Assembly (NCBI GenBank): GCA_040753215.1
Contig: JBFMEZ010000029.1
Span: 44,021-108,020, forward strand
Origin: Candidatus Micrarchaeota archaeon
GTDB lineage: Archaea > Micrarchaeota > Micrarchaeia > Anstonellales > Bilamarchaeaceae
Reading direction: 5' to 3'
DNA: 64,000 bases
Below the pieces are notes generated by a model that was not told where the DNA came from, ran no database searches, and worked only from the letters and a program-made list of their open reading frames with translations. Shown piece by piece: positions 47,025 through 56,600 of this stretch. How positions within the stretch are numbered: the stretch's first letter is position 1; the number at the start of each line of letters is the position of its first letter. The position numbers and the translations under genes are program-made.

Positions 47025-48607
47025 AAAGCAGGAGCCAATCCTCACAGGTATATGAACACCTGAACAAGAGTTGGAAGGATGCCTGCAAAATCCTGCTCAA
47101 GGAAGAGGTGGGCAATCTCAACGAATACGAGGGCTGGCTCTCCGAATGGCTTGAGCCCTCCCGAATGCGCAAATCCCCCTCCGGAGAAGACGTCCTGACT
47201 GTTGGCGACTATTGCGATTCCGCCTCTTTCGTTCCATTTTCAGGAATCGACCTGATGAAAAAATACCCTCCCCTCAGCATAAACGAAATAAAAGACATTG
47301 ATTCCATTCTCTCTGCCACACAGGAAAGAATCTATTACGCCGGCAACATAGTGCTCGGCAAATCCTCCAACGTGGAAGAGAGCACCGGCATAGAGGACTG
47401 CAACTTTGCCCTCCGCTCCCACTCATGCAATTCCTCCCAAGACATTGCCTTCTGCACCCAGATGAGGGAGGACCGCTCTCTTTTCGGCTGCGTGATGTGT
47501 GGGGAGTCAAGCTTCACTATAAAATGCTACGGCAACTGGCGCACCGCCCGCTCCCTCCTCTCCAGCACTATCCACGAATCCTCGGACATATACTTCTCCC
47601 ACAAGCTCACCGGCTGCTCAGAATGCATGTTCTCATTCAACCTCCGCGCAAAGCACCACGCGATAGGGAACACCCCTCTTCCCTCCGAAAAATACCTGCC
47701 ATTAAAGCAGAAACTCCTCTCCGAACTCGCCGAAGAGCTTAGGAAGAAGAAAAGGCTCCCAAACCTTGTGGATTTCTTTCCTCCTCAACCGTCCAAACCC
47801 AGCACACCAAAAACCATTCCTCTCCCCAGGAAAAATGAGGATTTCGAGCTTATAGAAGACGCCTTCCATACCACCTCCGAGCTCCTCTTAGGAAAAAACA
47901 CCCTCCATCTCAAGCCCCTATCCAATTACCTCTCCCGCCACGTCCGCGCCATCCAGAAGCTCCCATCCTGCGTTAGCGGAAAGGACGTCTTCCGCTGCAG
48001 CACCCGCTTTGACGACGTGGTTTCCAAATGCGGCAGGATGGTCCGCCTTGATGAATACGATTCCGTCTCCCATCCGCAGGAACTCCCTCATGGGATGGAG
48101 AAGCTCTCCCTTTCCGGCATAACCCCGCTCATAAGCCCAGTAGCATACTACTGCCCCGAGGCGGCCGAGCAGTTTGAGAACGCGATTGAATGCAACGACA
48201 TCTACTCCGCATACCATTGCTACCGCGCAAGCAAGGTCTACTTCACCAAGTTCACAGCATTCTCTTACTGGGCAAGGAACTGCGAATACACGTTCGGCTG
48301 CGACTCCCTGCGCACTTCTTCGTTCTGCATCCAGTGCCACAACTCCTTCAAGCTGAGCCGCTGTTTTGAGGTTGATACCTCACAGGACTGCACCGGCTCC
48401 TACTTCCTGCACAATTGCGAGAACGTGCATGACTCCATGTTTTGCTTCAATACCAAAAACAAAAGGTATGCAATAGGCAATTCCGAGGTTGGAAAAGAGA
48501 ACTTCCTCAAAGCCAAATCCGCCCTCCAGGCCTGGCTCCTTTCCCAGCTCGAAAGGAGCGGCTCCGTAGAGCTGGACATATACAATATTGGCTGCCGCAA
48601 ACCCTGA
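47021..48607 (+). CDS. Cys/Ser-rich internally duplicated repeat protein, paralog 4
   Basis: Same motifs; ATGA overlap with the TrmB stop. Confidence 0.85.
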   Translation: MKSRSQSSQVYEHLNKSWKDACKILLKEEVGNLNEYEGWLSEWLEPSRMRKSPSGEDVLTVGDYCDSASFVPFSGIDLMKKYPPLSINEIKDIDSILSATQERIYYAGNIVLGKSSNVEESTGIEDCNFALRSHSCNSSQDIAFCTQMREDRSLFGCVMCGESSFTIKCYGNWRTARSLLSSTIHESSDIYFSHKLTGCSECMFSFNLRAKHHAIGNTPLPSEKYLPLKQKLLSELAEELRKKKRLPNLVDFFPPQPSKPSTPKTIPLPRKNEDFELIEDAFHTTSELLLGKNTLHLKPLSNYLSRHVRAIQKLPSCVSGKDVFRCSTRFDDVVSKCGRMVRLDEYDSVSHPQELPHGMEKLSLSGITPLISPVAYYCPEAAEQFENAIECNDIYSAYHCYRASKVYFTKFTAFSYWARNCEYTFGCDSLRTSSFCIQCHNSFKLSRCFEVDTSQDCTGSYFLHNCENVHDSMFCFNTKNKRYAIGNSEVGKENFLKAKSALQAWLLSQLERSGSVELDIYNIGCRKP

Positions 48608-48665
48608 AATTGCCCACAAGGCAACATTTATAAGCACTTTTAACCATTATATTACCACTGATAAC

Positions 48666-50120
48666 ATGCCTTCCCCAGCCGTAAGGACTCCCATATTTCA
48701 GGTGCCCGAGCTCTGCGGCCGCTACGGCGGCGCGGATGTACTCGTTGCCAGCCTCGGGGATGCGAACCGCACCGCAAAGGGCTTCCGGAACAGGGAGCTG
48801 ATAAGGAGCCTCGGAACCACGTTGCCCGGGGCAAAGCACGTTGTTTTTGTCCAGATAACTACCGGCAACTCCGGATACGACCTCGGCATGGAGGCGAGGG
48901 AGGAGCAGAAGCGGAGCGGCAGGCGGATAGACGTGGTGAACATAGTCCGCAGGGGCATCCCAAAGGCGGTAAAAGAGAAGCTCGCCGCATGCTCCTTCGT
49001 GCACGAGATGGACCTCAGCCGCCTGGTAACCATGGAGGAGATGGGGAAAATCGCTAAAGAAATCACGGGATACGAAGGCCCGGAGCACGAAATACTCGGG
49101 GTTGAGAAATACAACCTGAGCGAGGGTTACCGCGCACTGGTGAGGCAGATGGCAGGGGATGGCCTAAAGCCCACTCATATATTCCTCCCCGCGGGAGGCG
49201 GGGAGTTGCTCACGGAAATTGCTGCAGAGGCAGAGAGGGTATGGGGGATAGGCGGTGCGCCCAAAATAGTTGGGGTCACCATACCGCAGAACGTCCTTGT
49301 GCACAAGGAAGATTTCATAAAAAGGCCGGGAAAGAGCATCGCAGACAAGCTCGTTTGCGGCTATTCGAGATTCAAGGAGCTGGTGAAGGAATTTGTGAGG
49401 AGGGGAATGGCCGAACTCAAGGTTGTCAAAGACAAGGAGATTGAGCGCGAATACAGGTACCTTAATAGGATAGGGATACCTGCGGAGCCCTCCGCTGCAG
49501 CAGCTTTCGCTGGTGCCGAATCCTACAGTCTAAACCCGGGCCACACCGTAGTCGTAATCAACACCGGGATGGGCATTTTCGACCGCAATGCCGCAGACAG
49601 GGTCTGGGCAAGGAGGCTGAAGAGATGGCTTTGGAATGCAGCAATTTTTGCAGCGGGCGTAATCGCTACAATAGGAATAAAGCTCGGCTACGATGCGGTG
49701 CAGGCGTACAGGGAAGAGCACAGGCGCGTTGTCCAGGAGCTGGAATTCGAGAAGATAACCAGCGAATCCCTTTGGGAACGCGACAGGGTGGAATCCGCAA
49801 TGCGCGTAAATTCTGGGGGCGGGCTGTGGAAATATAATACAGACGATGCCCAGTCTGCGTGCAGGTTCCTGGGCAAGCCGAAAGAGGTTTGCAGCAATGT
49901 TTATGATGAACACGACTTCACAAAGCTGGAGATATTCTTCCTCTATGAGGTCGACAACGTGAGCCACGATTATGGCGTAGCAGAAGTTAGGCAGAAACTG
50001 ATAGATAGCTGGAAGAACGGGACATACGTGCCAGATGAGAATTTCTACAAATACTACCCGGAATGCCGGCCGCCCGTGACGAGTAGTTACTGTTTCGGGC
50101 CAATAAAGCCGCACCTGTAG
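48666..50120 (+). CDS. PLP fold-type II (threonine synthase/dehydratase-like) protein with C-terminal TM and extra domain
   Basis: TTGNSG, PAGGGE, AEPSAAAAFAG, VVVINTG; TM WLWNAAIFAAGVIATIGI. Confidence 0.75.
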   Translation: MPSPAVRTPIFQVPELCGRYGGADVLVASLGDANRTAKGFRNRELIRSLGTTLPGAKHVVFVQITTGNSGYDLGMEAREEQKRSGRRIDVVNIVRRGIPKAVKEKLAACSFVHEMDLSRLVTMEEMGKIAKEITGYEGPEHEILGVEKYNLSEGYRALVRQMAGDGLKPTHIFLPAGGGELLTEIAAEAERVWGIGGAPKIVGVTIPQNVLVHKEDFIKRPGKSIADKLVCGYSRFKELVKEFVRRGMAELKVVKDKEIEREYRYLNRIGIPAEPSAAAAFAGAESYSLNPGHTVVVINTGMGIFDRNAADRVWARRLKRWLWNAAIFAAGVIATIGIKLGYDAVQAYREEHRRVVQELEFEKITSESLWERDRVESAMRVNSGGGLWKYNTDDAQSACRFLGKPKEVCSNVYDEHDFTKLEIFFLYEVDNVSHDYGVAEVRQKLIDSWKNGTYVPDENFYKYYPECRPPVTSSYCFGPIKPHL

Positions 50121-50168
50121 CAAATCAAGAAGTAAGAAGAGGGAGGACTATTGAAGCACCCTCGTCTC

Positions 50169-51062
50169 CTATACTCTTATCCGCACCATCATCGCAAACT
50201 CATACGTATCCAAATCTATGAAAGATATATCCCCAGCCGGGACAAAATCCAGATAATCCCTAACCCTCTCTTCCGTGAACCTCTGCGACCAGTACCTCTC
50301 CAGGGTCGCAGTAAAGGAGTCCTCCGGGCCGGTTATGACAGTCATCCCGCACTTCCTGTAGAAATCGGGCATTCCACCCATCTTTGATGGGTGGTGGAGG
50401 GTGGAATGCAACTGTCAAAATGCTCTCGGTGCGAGCGCCCTTGCAAGCCACCGGTCTGCGACCGGTGGTGGCGCGAGCATTTTGACATCCTCCTGTTTTA
50501 TCCTCGTGCCTTCGTTATCCTTGTATGCAGAGCCAATAATGATCTCCCCGCCCGGATTCAGGCGCCTGTGCGCGAGCCTGAATATCCTTTCAAATTTGGG
50601 ATTCCTGCTCAAATCATATCTTCCGGTCCCCCTTCCATACCCCTCAAACCGGAAATCATCCGGGTAAAAGTTGCCCGCTGTGAACCACGTTATTATAATC
50701 AAATCATACTTTTTGCCGGTCCGCCCAAGGTTGGCAGCATCCAGCTGCCTTACCGAAACCTTGTCCCCAAGGCCCATCTCGGATACAACCCTCTGAGATA
50801 TGCCCACACAGTTCTGCGCGTTGTCTATCCCATCATAGGACCCGACCATGTCCCATATCTCCTTAATTCCTGAGAGATGCTTGGGAATCCTCGCATTCCC
50901 TATCCCTATGTCCAGGATTGCTATCGGCCCTCCCTTTCTCTTGCAAATTTCGCCTATGGCCTTCTTCAGCTCGACCATCTCGGCCCATTGCGCCTGCCTC
51001 AGGTATTCCGAGAGGAATTCCTGGTCAAAGGTTTTCTCCACTGTATTCGGGTTGTCATACAT
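50169..51062 (-). pseudogene. Class I SAM methyltransferase interrupted by a 123-bp in-frame palindromic insert containing UGA
   Basis: ILDIGIG motif; both ORF halves are in one frame; KQED|FYRK is restored by removing the insert. Confidence 0.75.
50367..50489. repeat. Double-palindrome insert with a 3-bp duplication
   Basis: TGTCAAAATGCTC/GAGCATTTTGACA and GCATTCCACCC/GGGTGGAATGC. Confidence 0.8.
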
Positions 51063-51244
51063 ATTCCGGCCCCTTTCCGGAGCCCTGTCAAGAGGCGGCC
51101 TTCCGGATAGCTCCCTGAAACTAGCTGTGACGCTATCTGTAGTTATCGAAAATACTGGCACCTCGAAAGAATTGAAAAGAAAGGCAAGAAAACCGCCTTT
51201 AATGCAGTTTTCGGAAACCACGGACTGGAAACCGAAAACTGATA

Positions 51245-51327
51245 CGCCGAGGGCAGGATTTGAACCTGCAATTCCTTGCGGAACCGGTTTTCAAGACCGG
51301 CGCACTACCGGGTTATGCGACCTCGGC
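51245..51327 (-). tRNA. tRNA-Ser(UGA)
   Basis: GCCGAGG/CCTCGGC acceptor, CCGGT-CTTGAAA-ACCGG, long variable arm, GTTCAAATC. Confidence 0.95.
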
Positions 51328-51389
51328 ACCAAGAGGAAGGGGGAGTGCCCCCTTCTCTTTAGGGTAATCATAACCCCCCATCAATTGCG
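51328..51389 (+). repeat. 62-bp element, copy 1, abutting the tRNA 5' end
   Basis: 61/62 identical to 53515-53576. Confidence 0.9.
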
Positions 51390-51495
51390 GGGAATATACT
51401 CAATAAGCTTCAGTTCTTTTATTAAAGAAAACTGTTCCCCGCCCGACCCTACCCATTATTAATTTTTCTTGCACTAATCTTCGCGGGTGGTAAGA

Positions 51496-51756
51496 ATGCC
51501 GAAGACCGTAATCGGGAAGGTTTCCCACTTTTTCGGGAAGATAGGCGTCGCGGCTTTGAGCCTGAGCGGCGAGCTGAAGATAGGGGACCGCATCCGCTTC
51601 GAGCACAAGGACGGCTCGCTCGTTTTGGAGGACACCGTGCGCTCCATGCAGATACAGCACAAGGAGGTCACCTCCGCTGGCCCGGGCGACGACGTTGCAA
51701 TAAAGCTGAGCGGAAGCGTGCATGAGGGGAATATCGTATACAGGGTAACCGAGTGA
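51496..51756 (+). CDS. Stand-alone EF-Tu domain II-like beta-barrel protein
   Basis: IGKVSHFFGKIGVA, VRSMQI...AGPGDDVAIK. Confidence 0.8.
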   Translation: MPKTVIGKVSHFFGKIGVAALSLSGELKIGDRIRFEHKDGSLVLEDTVRSMQIQHKEVTSAGPGDDVAIKLSGSVHEGNIVYRVTE

Positions 51757-51778
51757 TTAGTGCCTAGCGAAAAGGCAA

Positions 51779-52765
51779 CTAATCCATCGCCGGATAGCAT
51801 CCTGGCATAAAGTCCACTTTGTCCTCTCTTGCTATCAGTATGGAATCGTAGCTCTTCACAATGTCCCCGAATTTTTCCCTTATTTCCCTCATGTAATTAT
51901 GGAAGCTCTCAAAATCGGGCACCTCAAATTCCAATTCCACGTCCCAGCTTCCATATGTGGTCACCATGTTCAGTATGTTGCCGTGGTATTTGCAATGGCC
52001 GAGGAATTCCTCCACCCTCTTCCGGTCCATGCCCTTTAGATACACGAACGATTTGCAGAACTCATACCCATACTTATCCAGGTCAAAGCTAATCCTGTAC
52101 GAAAGTATCACTTTCTGCTGCTCCATCCTCTTCATCCTGTGCCGCACTATTGCAGGCGTAGTCTTCGCCAGCTTGGCTATTTTCGTAACAGGCATCTTCG
52201 CGTTGTTCGCTATTATTTTCAGGATCTCTTTGTCCGTCTCATCCAGCTCCAGCCTCTCCGCCTTCCCGCCCACGTCCGAAGAAATGAGTTCTTCGTCAGT
52301 CTTGTAAAACCACTTCCTGTTCTGCTGTATATTATGCTTGGTGGTGCTCACATCCTTCGCGAGTATGTAGCCGCTGAACCTGCCCAGAAAATCCGAGAGG
52401 AAGGACTCCTCAAGGTCCACCACGTCCTCCGCCCATGCACCCACCAGCATGTCCCATTTCCCCGAAGACATGCATGACCACCCGTACCTTGGATGTGCAT
52501 GCAGGTAATCCAACATCTCCTTCTCCGTCTTCTGCGTCCAGTTCTGGAGCTGGAGGTATACCTTGAAGAAATAGTAGCCGAATTTCGCCGTATTTATTAT
52601 CGTATAGAATTTTGAAATGTATTTCTTCTCCCTCAGCCGCTTTATCCTGTAATGCAGCGCCTCCTTGCTTATCTTCACCTTTCTGGAGAGCGTGCTCAGC
52701 GGCGTCCTCGAATTCCTGTCCAGGTAATATAGTATTTTCCAGTCCGTTTTGTCCAGTTCTTTCAT
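51779..52765 (-). CDS. Tandem Lrp/AsnC-family regulator
   Basis: LDKTDWKIL, LDETDKEIL, GSWDVELE. Confidence 0.9.
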   Translation of the reverse strand: MKELDKTDWKILYYLDRNSRTPLSTLSRKVKISKEALHYRIKRLREKKYISKFYTIINTAKFGYYFFKVYLQLQNWTQKTEKEMLDYLHAHPRYGWSCMSSGKWDMLVGAWAEDVVDLEESFLSDFLGRFSGYILAKDVSTTKHNIQQNRKWFYKTDEELISSDVGGKAERLELDETDKEILKIIANNAKMPVTKIAKLAKTTPAIVRHRMKRMEQQKVILSYRISFDLDKYGYEFCKSFVYLKGMDRKRVEEFLGHCKYHGNILNMVTTYGSWDVELEFEVPDFESFHNYMREIREKFGDIVKSYDSILIAREDKVDFMPGCYPAMD

Positions 52766-52862
52766 ATTATTTAACATATTTGCATTATTTTATTAATTTA
52801 TCTAATTTTGTTAAAATTATTAATCATAATATTTATTACCATGAAGCACAACTATATAGCAC

Positions 52863-53438
52863 ATGAACGGAATAAGATTCAGGCAGGAAACACCAGGGAA
52901 TAGAGAACCGCACAAGCCCATGGGAAGGAATGAGTTCGCCCGGGCGCGTGCATTCGCTGCAGAGGGCTGCCCCCGCCTTGAAAGAAGGTTGAACAAGAGG
53001 GCAAAGGAATTGCTTAAAGCCCTTAAGCGCGTAGATAAGCTGGTAAGGAAGGGGGAACTGCCCGAAGATTTTGAAGTTCCTCTCAACGGCACTGTTGTAC
53101 TCCCCTACGCTATGTACAAGGAGATTGATGAACGGGCCCGCATTGCTGTCAGGTCTGGTCGCTCCCTATTGGGAGACATCGTTACCGGCATATCAGTCAT
53201 ACCTTTTGTCATGCTGTTAGACCGGATAGAGAGTCTCGGTTTTCCAACAGGTCTCGTTGTCGGCCTTTCATCCATGACCGCCTATGTGCCGCTAGTCGCA
53301 TTCATACGGCTCTATGCAGAGAAGCGGTGTGCCCTCCTCCACGAGGCCAGGTACCAGATTTTCCGGGACGCCAAGCTGATAGAACTGCCCGCTGCGATAG
53401 ATGAAGCGATTGAAGCGGGAAAACAGGCGGGCACATGA
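52863..53438 (+). CDS. Hypothetical membrane protein (2 TM)
   Basis: Divergent from Lrp across an AT-rich spacer; two hydrophobic segments. Confidence 0.6.
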   Translation: MNGIRFRQETPGNREPHKPMGRNEFARARAFAAEGCPRLERRLNKRAKELLKALKRVDKLVRKGELPEDFEVPLNGTVVLPYAMYKEIDERARIAVRSGRSLLGDIVTGISVIPFVMLLDRIESLGFPTGLVVGLSSMTAYVPLVAFIRLYAEKRCALLHEARYQIFRDAKLIELPAAIDEAIEAGKQAGT

Positions 53439-53499
53439 ATGGCATTACCGGCAAACAACCCCAAGAAGCTTTATATTTCCTTTCCGCAATTTCTATTCT

Positions 53500-53605
53500 A
53501 TGAAACCCTTGGGAACCAAGAGGAAGGGGGAGCGCCCCCTTCTCTTTAGGGTAATCATAACCCCCCATCAATTGCGAGTTGAATGAGATGAAGCCCCTCG
53601 GAACG
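53500..53605 (+). mobile_element. 88-bp insertion duplicating the herA start; contains copy 2 of the 62-bp element
   Basis: MKPLGT is encoded at both 53500 and 53588 with different codons. Confidence 0.8.
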
Positions 53606-56600
53606 GTAATCTCTACTGAAGAATCTCCCACCACCCAGGAATTCTCATTCGTTCTGGAGGAGGGTGCTCCCGTAAAGAAGAACCAGTTTATTCAGACTAC
53701 TAGTGAAGAGGGCACAGTCTTCGGCCTCGTGCGCGAAATCACCCGCGCCAACCGCTATTTTGAACGCGCAGAATCCGTCGCAGAATACGAGAAAGAATCC
53801 CCAATCTCCACCCATTTTCCCATAAAATCCTGGGAATATGCAATAGGAGAAGTAAGAATCCTCGGAATAATGAGAAAAGTAGGCGAACACTACCGCCAGT
53901 GGAGAGTCTCCCTTCCCCCTTCCCCCGGAGCAAAGGTCCTTCCCGCAAACGAGCAAATGCTCAACGATTTCATCGGCTTCCAGCCGGACGGGCTGATGTT
54001 GGGGAAGCTCCAGAACCACGACGTGGAGGCAAAGGTTTCCATGACACGGCTTCTCCAAAAACACCTGGCCATCCTCGCAATGTCCGGCGCTGGGAAATGC
54101 GCAACCTATGATACTCCAGTCATGCTAGCCGACGGAACGCACAGAAAAATCGGCGAGCTTGCGGATAACGCCTTCAGCAATGGAGAAATACATAATGAAG
54201 ATGGGACAGAGGTCGCATTCCCGAAAGAGGATATTTTCGTTCTTTCACTAGACGCCAAATACAAAGTCGCCCCAAACACAGTTTATGCGATAACCCGCAG
54301 GCGCTCCCCGGAAAACCTCGTTGCGCTAAAAACAAGGACAGGGCGGAACATAACCCTGACAACAGAGCATCCTGTGCTTGCAATATCTGGAAAAGGCCCC
54401 GAATGGAAGAAAGCCGGGGATGTAAAAGAAGGCGAGCATATCGCGGTTCCGCGCGAGCTTTCATTCGGCAGCGCAGATGAGGCCAATCTCCTTGACTTTT
54501 ACAAGGATTCCGAAAAGATGTGCGTTTTTGACCCCAACGCCACGCTTGAACTGAAAAAGGGACTTTCTGAAAAAGGCATCATGTCCAGCCGAAGGATCTA
54601 TCGCCAACTTTCAGAAGGCTGCATGCCTATACGGACCTTCCATGAGTTGTGCGCAAAGGCTGGCAGGAAAGACCTACTCCATACAGCACAAAAATTGAGA
54701 TATTTCAATTCCAAAACATCCATCCCTCCTAGGCTCAAGCTGGACAGAAGGCTCGGCCGCTTTGTGGGTTACCTCATGGGTGATGGGCACGTCAGCGGGA
54801 ACTGCCTCAACCTGTCTGCGCTTAATCCGGAAATACGGGAGGATTTCAGGAAGATATCCATGGAACTTTTCGGGTTTGAGGCAGCCATGTACCCGACAAG
54901 CGTCAGGGTTCATTCCAAGGCGCTTGTTTGCGTATTGAACGATATTTTTGGGGTTAAACCATCTACCGAAGAAAAAACAGTCACTCCCACCATTTTGTCC
55001 GCCAACAAAGAATTTGTGAGCGGTTTCCTCACCGGCCTTTTTGATACAGATGGTTCGGTTTCGCTCAAAAAGCCGGAGATAGAATTCTGCTCCAAGGGCA
55101 GGAGCCTTGCCAGCGGCACGATGCTCCTGCTGCTGAGGTTCGGCATATTGCCTGTGCTGAAGGTTAAGCACAACAAGAAATACGACCGCGATTACCATAT
55201 TGTTTATGCGAGGGGCTCAACCAATCTTGGCATTTTTATGCATGAGATATCATTCGTTTCCTACAAGAAGCGCTCCCGCCTTGAAAAAATGGCTTCCCTC
55301 AAATCCAACACGAACATAGACGTTATCCCTTCTTTGGATCCGTTGCTTTCAGATTTGATGGGCATGCTAAGAATTTCAGAATCCGAAACCACACGCCGCG
55401 CCAGGGTGGCAAACAACCTTAGCCGCTATGGCAGCGGCGGAGATGCGCTAAGCCGGGATACGTTTGTAAAGATTGCCAGAACATTGTCCGAAAGGGCGGA
55501 AGAGCTTTGGTACCTTTGCATTGCAGCCGACACGATAGCAATTCCTTCAAGCAAGCCGGATGCAATCCTTTCATCCTGCGGAGAAATAAAGAACTCGCGC
55601 AATCTGCAATACAAGCAAATTTCAGGTTGCTGCGACGTTTCCGCCCCAACCGTAAAGCGCATGCTTTCAGGCGATACGGCGATAACCGATTCCATTTTGG
55701 AAATCGGCAGGGGCGTTTCAGCAGCCGCTGGCCACCACGGCACGGAGCAGCTCGAGGATATGCTTGGCGAGCATGAGGAGTTCGCCGCCTTTGATGCGAT
55801 GAATTTATTCAAATTGGCTGATGGCATGGGTTTGCCTTACGAACTGTTGGACACCTACTCAGGATTGCATCAGGGCGCCTGGGCGTCTTTCAGGAGAGGC
55901 GACAGGCCCCTTTCATTGGAATCAAAAACCCGCATGGTGCGCGGCCTTCAGCAGGCTGCTTCCGAGATAAAAAATAAAGTGGAGTCATGCAGGGATTCGC
56001 TCGGCCTGCTCCTTTCGCTCGGCAATTCCGCCATACTGTGGGATGGCGTGGAAGAGATTACGCCGGTAAAGTCCAAGCACGATTACGTTTATGATATCGC
56101 GCTTAAAGGAAACCACAATTTCCTTGCAGGAGAGGTTCCGCTTGTAATACATAATTCGCATCTTTCCAGCGTAATTCTCGAAGAACTTCTTGACCGCAAA
56201 AAAGAGGATGGCCGCATCTCCGTGGTCGTAATAGACATCCACGGCGAATACGTTGGTTTCAAATCCGACCCTAAATACGGGAAGCAGGTTAGGATAGTTG
56301 AGGGAAAAACCATCTCCGTCCCCTTCTCCAACCTCAACCCCGAGCTCCTCAGCACCCTCTTCCCGGACATGACCGGCCCGGCGAGGGTGGAATTGGGAAA
56401 AATACTCAAGCAGATGTCTGAGGACGCAAGGCAGAACAATACCGTTTATGGCCTGCAGGACCTGATTGCAAGGGTTGAAACTTCGGGAATGAACAAGAAT
56501 ACAAAGGAATCCCTTATGCGCCCGCTTTACGAACTCCTCTCCATGCGCCTCATCCACCCCACGCGCAAGAATCCCAACCTTTACGAGCTCCGCCCAGGGG

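Noticed and set aside
50400..50420. Selenocysteine codon in the methyltransferase
   Set aside because: The UGA lies inside the inserted palindrome, not at a conserved Cys position; archaeal SECIS elements are normally in UTRs
51328..53576. CRISPR array
   Set aside because: Only two copies 2.2 kb apart; no regularly spaced repeats or cas genes in the window
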